From Patescibacteria group bacterium (GTDB lineage: Bacteria > Patescibacteriota > Minisyncoccia > Phycocordibacterales > JAKFXT01), in contig JBBTUX010000010.1 of the NCBI GenBank assembly GCA_038063555.1, forward strand, positions 22,936 through 86,935: DNA of 64,000 bases, in the 5' to 3' direction. The notes below the pieces were generated by a model. It did no database searches. It saw only the letters and a program-made list of their open reading frames with translations, and had not been told where the DNA came from. Position numbers and translations under genes: made by a program. Numbering within the stretch: the first letter of the stretch is position 1; each line of letters begins with the position of its first letter. Shown in pieces: positions 7,691 to 15,188 of this stretch.

Positions 7691-8199
7691 TAATTGAGGG
7701 AAATCAAAAAGGCCATCGAACAATTGTGACTGCGTCAAAGAACATGGCTTCTAATATTGAAGTGAGAAGAAGCCGAAAACTTAATGCAGTCGCATCTGTG
7801 GCGAATGGCCTTGTTTGCGCCCTTACAGGATATTCCCAGGTACTTGCCTAATTCGTTTAATCAATTACCCAAATTCCAATGAGATTCGGTGTAAAAAATC
7901 CTAAACTTTAAGATTCTCTATACCGAATCCCTTATATATTTGTGAGATAATGCGATATTTATAACGATTATTCTGGCCCAGAAAGTCCTCAGGCAGATCT
8001 TTTAAACGAGCGTTTAAAAGACAAGAGGAAGGAGAAGGCAAATTATCAGTGTGCCTTCATAAAAAATTGTACAAAGAACTTATTGCTTTTTACTGCTCTA
8101 GGACAATTATATTCTTTATAAAAGACATGTAAAGGACAAAGATGTGGATAATAAATTTATATCTTAAATACCTATACCCAACAAAATAGGGCAGTGGTC

Positions 8200-8967
8200 C
8201 TAAACATTGATTTCCATCAATATCGGACAATGGTCGGAACCATAAATCTCGTCTAATATAGCCACTTTTTTTACTTTTTTGACTAAATTATTGCCAATGA
8301 AAAAATAGTCAAGACGCCAACCGACATTTCTTTCTCGAGAAGCTGTTTTCACATCCCACCAAGTGTATTGAACTTTGTTGGGGTGCAGGTGGCGCCAAAT
8401 ATCTACATAGCCAGAGTATTCTAATTCATCTATCCAAGCTCTTTCTTCGGGAAGAAAGCCAATTTCACCTTCATTTTCTTTTGGGCGCGCCAAATCAATT
8501 GGCTCGTGCGCCACATTTACATCCCCGCAGAAAATTATTGAGTGTCCGCCTTTTCGTAAATTTTCAATATGTTCCAAAAACTGATCGTAGAAAGTTAATT
8601 TGTATTTGAGGCGATGAGGTTCACCTCCACCATTTGGAAAATAACAACCAATGACCACCAATTTGTTTGAATAATGCGCTTCAATATAGCGTCCCTCTTC
8701 ATCTTTTATTTTCTTAACATCATAAACCACCATTTCCGGTTTCACTTTACTATACAAGGCAACACCGGAATAACCATTTCTGCTTGTCGCAGAGTTAAAA
8801 TAGGCATAATAATTTTCCGGTTTTTGTAATTCTTCTGGAAGTTGCTCGGGGTGGGCCTTGGTTTCGTTTATAAAAAATATGTCTGGGTTCATTTTCCAAA
8901 TAGGGGAAAGTGCATCTTTTCTGTGTACGGCACGCAGACCATTAACGTTCCAAGAAATAATCCTCAT
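8200..8967 (-). CDS. xth: Exodeoxyribonuclease III (AP endonuclease)
   Basis: MRIISWNVNGLRA...FINETK...GDVNVAHEPIDLARP...WWD...SDHCPILMEI. Start at the internal Met (8967); the longer ORF N-terminus is non-homologous. Confidence 0.85.
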   Translation of the reverse strand: MRIISWNVNGLRAVHRKDALSPIWKMNPDIFFINETKAHPEQLPEELQKPENYYAYFNSATSRNGYSGVALYSKVKPEMVVYDVKKIKDEEGRYIEAHYSNKLVVIGCYFPNGGGEPHRLKYKLTFYDQFLEHIENLRKGGHSIIFCGDVNVAHEPIDLARPKENEGEIGFLPEERAWIDELEYSGYVDIWRHLHPNKVQYTWWDVKTASRERNVGWRLDYFFIGNNLVKKVKKVAILDEIYGSDHCPILMEINV

Positions 8968-9046
8968 ATTAAATTGGTTAATATTAACACATGAGGATAT
9001 GATTAATGTTAGTAGGTCATTCAACTCAACTTCGGGGAGAGTGTCC

Positions 9047-9439
9047 ATGAACATCGACATGACAGTCCGCATGAGGAAATCGCACGACGGAACACCTCTT
9101 CCTGTGTGGTTGACCGAGGGAGATGAAGTCTTCGTCAGCACGTGCAGGTTACTCAGAGGTGTTTGGGACGATGGCTACATTAAGGATCTAGAAGAATGGG
9201 GATTAAGTGTTTTACCCCATCAAAAAATCGCAATGGGCCCTCTTAACGAACACAGGTTCGCTCTCGCGATTCTGCCTATGACAGAGATCATCGAAGAGGC
9301 GAACCGTAAAAATCCGAAGAGGAATCCGGCAAGATTTTGGGTATACATAGTAAGAAACTATCTGACAGGATCGTACATCTATCGAGTGCTTGATCCCCAA
9401 GAGAGGAGAGCCTGTCTGATAAAAAGCATGCTAAACTGA
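9047..9439 (+). CDS. Hypothetical protein encoded in a GC-rich (~48%) island
   Basis: 131-aa ORF preceded by a GGGGAGAG SD with 5-nt spacing. Composition is distinct from the flanks. Followed by a strong terminator. Confidence 0.45.
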   Translation: MNIDMTVRMRKSHDGTPLPVWLTEGDEVFVSTCRLLRGVWDDGYIKDLEEWGLSVLPHQKIAMGPLNEHRFALAILPMTEIIEEANRKNPKRNPARFWVYIVRNYLTGSYIYRVLDPQERRACLIKSMLN

Positions 9440-9446
9440 TCGTCAG

Positions 9447-9486
9447 TGATCGGCGCGACTTGGGACGCGCCGATTTATTTTTTATT
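9447..9486. terminator. Bidirectional rho-independent terminator
   Basis: gATCGGCGCGacttgggaCGCGCCGATttattttttatt. Serves the 9047..9439 ORF (+) and the desaturase gene (-). Confidence 0.7.
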
Positions 9487-10267
9487 ATCTTTTCGGAATT
9501 TCGGCCAATTTGAACAGACACAAAATTTCTATAAAGGTTCCCGCCAAATCAAATTCAAACCATTTGTGGGAAAACTTAAATCTGTCTTGATAAGCATGAT
9601 GATTATTATGAAACTCTTCGCCAACCGCCAAACCAAAAGTTGGCACGTTTCTGGAGTCCCCAATTCTTTGAAATATTTTCCCTTCGGGACTCATTTCTCC
9701 TTCTTTGTATCTTTGTGTTCCCCAAACATGAGCCACACCGTTTATGAATCCCGCGGCAATTACCGGAATAACGAGCATTTGCAAAGGCCAAATAATTATG
9801 GCGGGAAGCCCAAAAAGAAATGTCTCAATAACAAAAGTGAGTCCAATTCCCAAATATCTTTTGTTATATAAATTATTTTCCAACCAATCATCTGGTGTCC
9901 CTTTGCCATATTCATCCAAAAGCGGTTTATTATCTCTTCCAACTTTGGTGTAAATATCTGCTCCTTCAAAAAATACTTTTTTAAGTCCCAAAAGGCGCGG
10001 AGAGTGCGGGTCCCCCTCAATGTCAGTAAAAGCATGGTGTTTTCGGTGAATTGCTACCCACTCTTTGGTAATCATTCCTGTAAAAACCCAAAGTATAAAA
10101 CGAAAAATATGATTTATAGGAGCGGCCAAAGTAACAGAACGATGAGTTTGCGAACGATGAAGAAAACAAGAAACTCCGAGTAGTGTCAGTAGGGAAGTAG
10201 CGATAAAAAATAATATTAAAAATATGGGAGTTGGATTTAAATATCCGTGTAATAGATATTGAATCAT
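9485..10267 (-). CDS. Membrane fatty-acid (acyl-CoA/lipid) desaturase
   Basis: His boxes HRKHHAFTD, HVWG and HNNHHA. Multiple TM segments. Confidence 0.75.
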   Translation of the reverse strand: MIQYLLHGYLNPTPIFLILFFIATSLLTLLGVSCFLHRSQTHRSVTLAAPINHIFRFILWVFTGMITKEWVAIHRKHHAFTDIEGDPHSPRLLGLKKVFFEGADIYTKVGRDNKPLLDEYGKGTPDDWLENNLYNKRYLGIGLTFVIETFLFGLPAIIIWPLQMLVIPVIAAGFINGVAHVWGTQRYKEGEMSPEGKIFQRIGDSRNVPTFGLAVGEEFHNNHHAYQDRFKFSHKWFEFDLAGTFIEILCLFKLAEIPKR

Positions 10268-10285
10268 ATATTTATATTATCATTT

Positions 10286-11056
10286 TTATTTAGCTATATT
10301 CCAAAGCATGTCGAAAAACTTTTTATAATTGTCCGCCACTATTTTTGATTTTATAACATAAACCAATGGGGGAGAGGCGAAGCTGTATATAGTTACGGTA
10401 TCAAAACGGACAACTGTATTCACAATAGTTTTCGGTAAGGTATTAAGTATCTTGTATTCAAAGTGTGGGTTCGCTTCTTTAGCAAGCTTAAGCCAATCTT
10501 CTTCTTCAGGACAACCAACGTATCTTGAGTGTAATTTCTGATCTTTGGCCAACCCGCTAAAATCTTTATATTGATCACCAAAAAACTTAATAAAGTGGTC
10601 GCTGGCACCTCCAATAATATATTGCTCGCTGTTTGATTTTAGTGTATTAACAACTTTTTCTTCAAAATCAAAAACTTGCCTTTCCCCCATATAAATTTCA
10701 AAATCTTGTTCCGCGCCAACATTTGAAATTAGTTTCAATTCTTTTTCTATTTCTTCTGCTTCATCAAGTTTTTTTCGCGCTAGTTTTGTTACCTGCAAAG
10801 GAGGGAGGGCTCTATACTTAAATCGTAATTTATCTCTAATTGACTCAATGAGTTTAAATTTTTCTAATTTCTTTAAAGAATTATAAACATACTGTCTGTG
10901 AAGACCTGTTGCTATAGATAATTTAGAACCGCTCATACTGTTACCTCTCTCCAAAAGATAAAGGTAGATCGTAGAGTCATTTGTGGTTAGTCCTACACTC
11001 TCAAGCATTACAGAAAGCTTTTTATTAATTAAATTATCTTCTTTTTTATTTGTCAT
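10286..11056 (-). CDS. TrmB-family transcriptional regulator (winged HTH)
   Basis: N-terminal ...TIYLYLLERGNSMSGSKLSIATGLHRQYVYNSLKKLEKFKLIE matches the TrmB-type HTH. Confidence 0.55.
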   Translation of the reverse strand: MTNKKEDNLINKKLSVMLESVGLTTNDSTIYLYLLERGNSMSGSKLSIATGLHRQYVYNSLKKLEKFKLIESIRDKLRFKYRALPPLQVTKLARKKLDEAEEIEKELKLISNVGAEQDFEIYMGERQVFDFEEKVVNTLKSNSEQYIIGGASDHFIKFFGDQYKDFSGLAKDQKLHSRYVGCPEEEDWLKLAKEANPHFEYKILNTLPKTIVNTVVRFDTVTIYSFASPPLVYVIKSKIVADNYKKFFDMLWNIAK

Positions 11057-11234
11057 AGTTATATATTACATACTATCATAATATCTATATTTTACAATGA
11101 TTTTTATCATTTATTTTTGACATAATCTATATTGACAAATATGTATAAAAATGTAATAATGTTTATTAGAAGCAGATCTTTAACCAAAAGCAAAGGAGAT
11201 TTCAGTGGAGCATAAACGTTTTCTGGAAATAGTC

Positions 11235-11639
11235 ATGTTGTTCTGGAAAGAAGTTCTAAGAAAATTTCCTAACAAAAAAGTCATATGCTTGCCCAATAAC
11301 AGGTGGAAGAGAGTAAGGAATGAAATCTTCCTTTCTTTGCTTCCTCTCTCTCCGAATGGGGAAATCACCCATACCACAGAAAAAGAGAGAGTCATCCGGG
11401 AAGGTTGGCTACCTTTCATCGAGCAAGTCGACAATCTTGACATTGTCGCTTTTGTTCCTGAAATAAAAACCTTCCTTCGCACAGGAAAGATTCCACCGAG
11501 GATGTATGGTTCCAACTACGGGCTAAGACTTTCAATCTCCTACTATGATCGGTGTTTGGAGAAATTGGATTTAAAAAGAAAAAAAATCTCCGAAAATATG
11601 AAGAGACAAGTAAGGAGAGATAGATGGAAGTCTCGGTAG
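11235..11639 (+). CDS. Hypothetical basic protein, cassette-like gene flanked by an 11-bp direct repeat
   Basis: ORF (alternate GTG start at 11205) bounded by GAGCATAAACG at 11208-11218 and 11639-11649. GC somewhat elevated. Terminator follows. Confidence 0.4.
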   Translation: MLFWKEVLRKFPNKKVICLPNNRWKRVRNEIFLSLLPLSPNGEITHTTEKERVIREGWLPFIEQVDNLDIVAFVPEIKTFLRTGKIPPRMYGSNYGLRLSISYYDRCLEKLDLKRKKISENMKRQVRRDRWKSR

Positions 11640-11650
11640 AGCATAAACGG

Positions 11651-11681
11651 CAAGGGCAACTTCGGTTGCCCTTTTTCTTTT
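11651..11681 (+). terminator. Rho-independent terminator
   Basis: aaGGGCAACttcgGTTGCCCtttttctttt. Confidence 0.6.
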
Positions 11682-11720
11682 CACAACATTCTAACGTTCT
11701 ATAGAATGTTGGAATGTTGT

Positions 11721-12644
11721 TTATTTCTTTTTACCGTGGAACCTTTTATGTATTTCTTTCAAATGCGCATCCGTAACATGAGTATATATTTGGGTGGTGC
11801 CAATGTTAGCGTGGCCTAAAAGGGCTTGCACCGAGCGTAAATCAGCCCCATTACTCAAAAGGTCTGTCGCAAAAGCGTGACGAATGGTATGGGGCGTAAC
11901 AACAGAAGAGATGCCGGCACGGGCAACATAGGATTTTAAATGCCTTTGCACATCTCGAGGAATAATGCGATGAAGTTTGTTTTCCCTGCCATCAACAAAA
12001 AGAGCTTCCTCCATATCTTTTCTTTCTTTTAAATATTGCCACGCCGCTTCTTTGGCAGAAGGGGAGAGAAAAACCACTCGGACTTTTTCTCCTTTACCCC
12101 GCACAGAAATTTCATCGCGAGAAAGATCAATATCATTGTTAAGCGCACAGAGCTCGGAAACACGAAGACCGGTTGAAAATAAAAGTTCAAGTATAGCCCC
12201 ATCTCGCAAAAACATTCTTTTTTTGTGAGGATTTTTTTCTTTCTCATATGCTTCCTTAGGAGCTTTGAGCAGACGCAGAAGCTCCGCGGGAGTTACCAAA
12301 TCAAGGTGGCGTTCAGGAAGTTTGGGCAATTCTATTTTTTCCGGAGAAACGGATTCTATGTCGCGCTTCCTTAAAAATTTTAGAAAAGCGCGAATGGCAA
12401 TAATGTAATAATTTTGCGTGCGACGCTTCATTGAATCTTTCCCCGTGCCGCTTTGCCTATTTAACCAAAGACGAAAATCGCGAATATTTTGCTCGCTAAT
12501 ATCACTGGCCTTTTTTATTTCCATTTGACCAAAATAGCGGGTCAAATATCTGTCGTAATTTTCAATTGTCTTAACGGCACGCCCCCTTTCTATTTCAATA
12601 TATTCCAAAAATTGTCTTTTTAGATTTTCAATTTCTGTTGCCAT
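11721..12644 (-). CDS. xerC: Tyrosine recombinase XerC/XerD family
   Basis: N-terminal core-binding domain. Catalytic region ...HTIRHAFATDLL...LGHANIGTTQIYTHV (R..HxxR..Y). Confidence 0.8.
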   Translation of the reverse strand: MATEIENLKRQFLEYIEIERGRAVKTIENYDRYLTRYFGQMEIKKASDISEQNIRDFRLWLNRQSGTGKDSMKRRTQNYYIIAIRAFLKFLRKRDIESVSPEKIELPKLPERHLDLVTPAELLRLLKAPKEAYEKEKNPHKKRMFLRDGAILELLFSTGLRVSELCALNNDIDLSRDEISVRGKGEKVRVVFLSPSAKEAAWQYLKERKDMEEALFVDGRENKLHRIIPRDVQRHLKSYVARAGISSVVTPHTIRHAFATDLLSNGADLRSVQALLGHANIGTTQIYTHVTDAHLKEIHKRFHGKKK

Positions 12645-12669
12645 ATAATTTCTAATAATAAATATTTAT

Positions 12670-13203
12670 TTAGCTCAATATCGAATTAATCATTTTTTGA
12701 ATCATAGGATGAAAGTGGTTTTTGTATTTTTCTTGAACACGAAAAATCTTCCAATCATTCTCTGTCAAAATACGTCGGCAATCTGGGGCCCCACAAGAAC
12801 AGCTGTCTTTGCTATCAGTGTAGCTACTGTCTTCAAAATTCCATGTCCCTTGATCTAAAGTTATTTCCTCATCATTTTCAATATCTTTTTTCGCAACCAA
12901 AGTTACCTCATCTTTAAGCCAGGTATTGGCATCACAGGAATGATTTAAGTTTTCATCCAAACTTTCTTCAGTGTCACTATTTGGTAGAGCCAGATACTTA
13001 TTCTCATTAACTATCCAAATTGAACGGCTTCTATAATTTCCCGACAAGGATTGTTCTTTCGAAATCAATTCGCCTCCAAATTCCATTATTTTTTCTCCTT
13101 TAATTATTCTATCCTTAGCCAAAAGGCCGTCGCCATGTATATCCGATTTGCCAGATTTGAGTTTGGGGCTAACCCAAGTACGACTTAAATAGGATTTTTG
13201 CAT
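12670..13203 (-). CDS. SET-domain protein (lysine methyltransferase-like)
   Basis: NHSCDAN (NHSCxPN motif), ELISKEQ region, C-terminal CSCGAPDCRR post-SET Cys cluster. Start at the internal Met (13203). Confidence 0.6.
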   Translation of the reverse strand: MQKSYLSRTWVSPKLKSGKSDIHGDGLLAKDRIIKGEKIMEFGGELISKEQSLSGNYRSRSIWIVNENKYLALPNSDTEESLDENLNHSCDANTWLKDEVTLVAKKDIENDEEITLDQGTWNFEDSSYTDSKDSCSCGAPDCRRILTENDWKIFRVQEKYKNHFHPMIQKMINSILS

Positions 13204-13351
13204 ATATTTGCAGTGTCGCACAATATTATACCTCCTATGTTGTAGACTTGACAAAATTCGTATATATGATACCATCTGAAAGTCAATCGGCGATTCGCGG
13301 CTCGAAAGACATGACCGTTACAGCGACTTTCTCAAAGGGCCGTTTCCCAGA

Positions 13352-13470
13352 CCCGAGAGGATGCAAACCTAGAAAGCACTGATAGGGATAGGCCCCCGCA
13401 ACGTCGCGCGGGAAGCTGAAAGAAGGCAGCCGGAGGACACTCCCATGATGGAGAAACGGTCCCGGCTTTT
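13352..13470 (+). ncRNA. ffs: GC-rich structured ncRNA candidate, possibly SRP (4.5S) RNA, with intrinsic terminator
   Basis: ~57% GC in an AT-rich genome with no ORF. Ends pair (GGGCCGUUUC with GAAACGGUCCC) to form a ~115-nt hairpin. Contains CCCGCAACG and GGGAAGCUGAAAGAAGGCAGCC, which resemble the SRP helix-8 motif GGAAGCAGCC. Followed by CCGGCUUUUUGUUUUC. Confidence 0.3.
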
Positions 13471-13524
13471 TGTTTTCAAAAAAACCCTTGTAAAAATAAG
13501 GGAAATGTGCTAGTGTATAGGGTA

Positions 13525-13791
13525 ATGCTTACCAAGCGAAAGAAGGAAAAAGCTGTTAAATTCGTGCAAAAGCACGATAAGGACACGGGGTCGCCCGAAG
13601 TCCAGATTTCCATATTAAGTAAGAGAATTGATGAATTGGCGGGTCATTTGAAGAAAAACCCTAAAGACAAGCATTCCCGCCGAGGACTTTTGCAAATGGT
13701 GGCGGATAGACGCACCCATATGGCATATTTAAAGAAGAAGAGCGAAAAACGCTACGCTTCTGTCGTCAAAAAACTAGAACTTAGTAAGTAA
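13525..13791 (+). CDS. rpsO: 30S ribosomal protein S15
   Basis: 89 aa: ...DTGSPEVQISILSKRIDELAGHLKKNPKDKHSRRGLLQMVADRRTHMAYLKKK. Alternative upstream ATG at 13507. Confidence 0.85.
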   Translation: MLTKRKKEKAVKFVQKHDKDTGSPEVQISILSKRIDELAGHLKKNPKDKHSRRGLLQMVADRRTHMAYLKKKSEKRYASVVKKLELSK

Positions 13792-13796
13792 GCATT

Positions 13797-13828
13797 TTCT
13801 GCAAAATTGTGCCTACAATTTTGCAGAA
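13797..13828 (+). terminator. Perfect 14-bp-stem hairpin after rpsO
   Basis: TTCTGCAAAATTGTgcctACAATTTTGCAGAA. No T-tract, so may be a processing site rather than a terminator. Confidence 0.4.
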
Positions 13829-13829
13829 T

Positions 13830-13900
13830 GAGTTATGAGCCAGGTGAGTTAGGAGTTATGAATTTAAAAATCGTAACTCATATCTCTTAACTCTTACCTC
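13830..13900. repeat. 'Empty' copy of the GAGTTAYGA inverted-repeat hairpin element
   Basis: Left arm gagttatgagccaggtgagttaggagttatga, loop atttaaaaa, right arm tcgtaactcatatctcttaactcttacctc (reverse-complement units). Confidence 0.6.
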
Positions 13901-13975
13901 GAAGGGGCCACTAGAAACGACAGACTTCGAAATATTTTATAAGTTTATTTTCGCGCTAAGTCGCGAACAAATTTT

Positions 13976-14587
13976 ATGAGTGTAATAAAACATAAGGAAC
14001 AGCGCGTTGGCATGTTTATTGATGCGCAAAATCTTTATCATAGCGCCAAAAATCTTTATCACGGTAAAGTAAATTTTGGACAAGTAGTGAAAGACGCTGT
14101 TTTTGGCCGTGAACTTATTCGCGTTATCGCTTATGTCATAACAACAGAAGCGGGAGATGAAACGGGTTTTTTTGAGGCCCTGACAAAAATGGGTATTGAG
14201 ATAAAAACAAAGGACCTGCAGATCTTTTGGGGCGGAGCCAAAAAAGCCGATTGGGATGTCGGGCTTGCGGTTGATGCAATTCGCATGGCACCCAAACTAG
14301 ACACAATTATTCTTGCAACGGGAGATGGCGATTTTGTCCCGCTAGTAGAATTCATGCGAAATAGTTTTGGTTGCCAAGTTGAAGTTGTTTCTTTTGGTAA
14401 ATCAACCTCAAGCGCTCTGAAAGAAGCGGCTGACGATTTCTTTGACCTCTGCGAGAACCCTAAAAAATATCTTTTAGGCGGTGGAGGGGGCGTAAGTAGA
14501 CGACCAAGAAAAGGATATCGCTCACCAGAAGAAATTCTTTCAGATGAAAAAGTAGAAGAACAAGAATTGGGGGAGAAAGATGAGTAA
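13976..14587 (+). CDS. NYN-domain (LabA-like, PIN-like) protein
   Basis: RVGMFIDAQNLYHSAK...ILATGDGDFVPLVEFMR are NYN/LabA hallmarks. Gly-rich, basic C-terminal tail. Confidence 0.65.
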   Translation: MSVIKHKEQRVGMFIDAQNLYHSAKNLYHGKVNFGQVVKDAVFGRELIRVIAYVITTEAGDETGFFEALTKMGIEIKTKDLQIFWGGAKKADWDVGLAVDAIRMAPKLDTIILATGDGDFVPLVEFMRNSFGCQVEVVSFGKSTSSALKEAADDFFDLCENPKKYLLGGGGGVSRRPRKGYRSPEEILSDEKVEEQELGEKDE

Positions 14588-14621
14588 AGCGAGCTTAAAG
14601 TTTTATAGCTTCTAGGTTTTT

Positions 14622-14649
14622 CCGCCAAAGGCGGATCCGCCTCAGGCGG
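14622..14649. repeat. GGCGG-family tandem palindromes (intergenic copy)
   Basis: CCGCCaaaGGCGGATCCGCCtcaGGCGG. A 19/20 match to the in-CDS copy at 56190-56209. Confidence 0.6.
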
Positions 14650-14686
14650 AAGCTTTAATACAAATACAAAAAATTCAGAGAGTTGC

Positions 14687-14724
14687 AAAACCCCTCCGCC
14701 TTAGGCGGAGGGGTTTTGTTTTTT
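14687..14724 (+). terminator. Rho-independent terminator built on the CTCCGCCTTAGGCGGAG palindrome
   Basis: aaaaCCCCTCCGCCttaGGCGGAGGGGttttgtttttt. Confidence 0.75.
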
Positions 14725-14795
14725 GACATATTCAAAAATAAGAGTAAGTTTTAAAAAGCTGATCGTACAAACCTTTCATTTTTTGTGAGGTAAAC

Positions 14796-15134
14796 ATGTC
14801 CTGGTACAAAAATCTTTCGCCGGTTGAACAAGAATTTTTTCGAATGCAAGAAGAAAAAAAAGAAGAGGAGGCATTATTCACAGCTGACTCCGAACTGACA
14901 GACGAGAAAAAGTCTCCTTTCTGCTTATGCGGAGAAAAACCACAAGCTGGCTATTACATCAGACAGAATGACGAGGGAGAAACTGGTGAACACAAGCGGT
15001 GGCGTTGCGCTTGTACAAATACCGAGTGTCCAATTCTCATGTGGGAGGGTTGGCACAACACCAAGGGTGAAGCGTTATCCGATTGGGCAAAGTTCATAAA
15101 AAACGAAAAAAATAAAAAACCCAAAAAGAAATAA
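14796..15134 (+). CDS. Small Cys-rich hypothetical protein (possible zinc-ribbon), cassette bracketed by GGCGG-type terminators
   Basis: 112 aa. CLCGEKP...RWRCACTNTECP Cys pairs. Lys-rich tail. Confidence 0.45.
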   Translation: MSWYKNLSPVEQEFFRMQEEKKEEEALFTADSELTDEKKSPFCLCGEKPQAGYYIRQNDEGETGEHKRWRCACTNTECPILMWEGWHNTKGEALSDWAKFIKNEKNKKPKKK

Positions 15135-15154
15135 TTCCGTCCGAACGACTCTTC

Positions 15155-15188
15155 AGCCCTCCGCCTTAGGCGGAGGGCTTTGCTTTTT
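15155..15188 (+). terminator. Rho-independent terminator, same palindrome family
   Basis: aGCCCTCCGCCttaGGCGGAGGGCtttgcttttt. Confidence 0.7.

Noticed and set aside
8858-9439. Long form (193 aa) of the plus-strand ORF beginning at 8858.
   Set aside because: Its 5' 190 nt overlaps the xth coding region antisense and is AT-rich. The GC-rich portion with a strong SD starts at 9047, so only 9047..9439 is reported.
13280-13500. Interpreting the GC-rich tract before rpsO as horizontally acquired DNA, like the other GC-rich islands.
   Set aside because: It has no ORF, closes into a long hairpin with a terminator, and structured RNAs are expected to be GC-rich in AT-rich genomes. It is treated as an ncRNA candidate instead.
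14131-14688. Minus-strand ORF 14131..14688 (185 aa), Pro/Ser-rich.
   Set aside because: It is antisense to the well-supported NYN-domain gene and runs through the palindromic terminator region. The composition-driven open frame gives a low-complexity translation.
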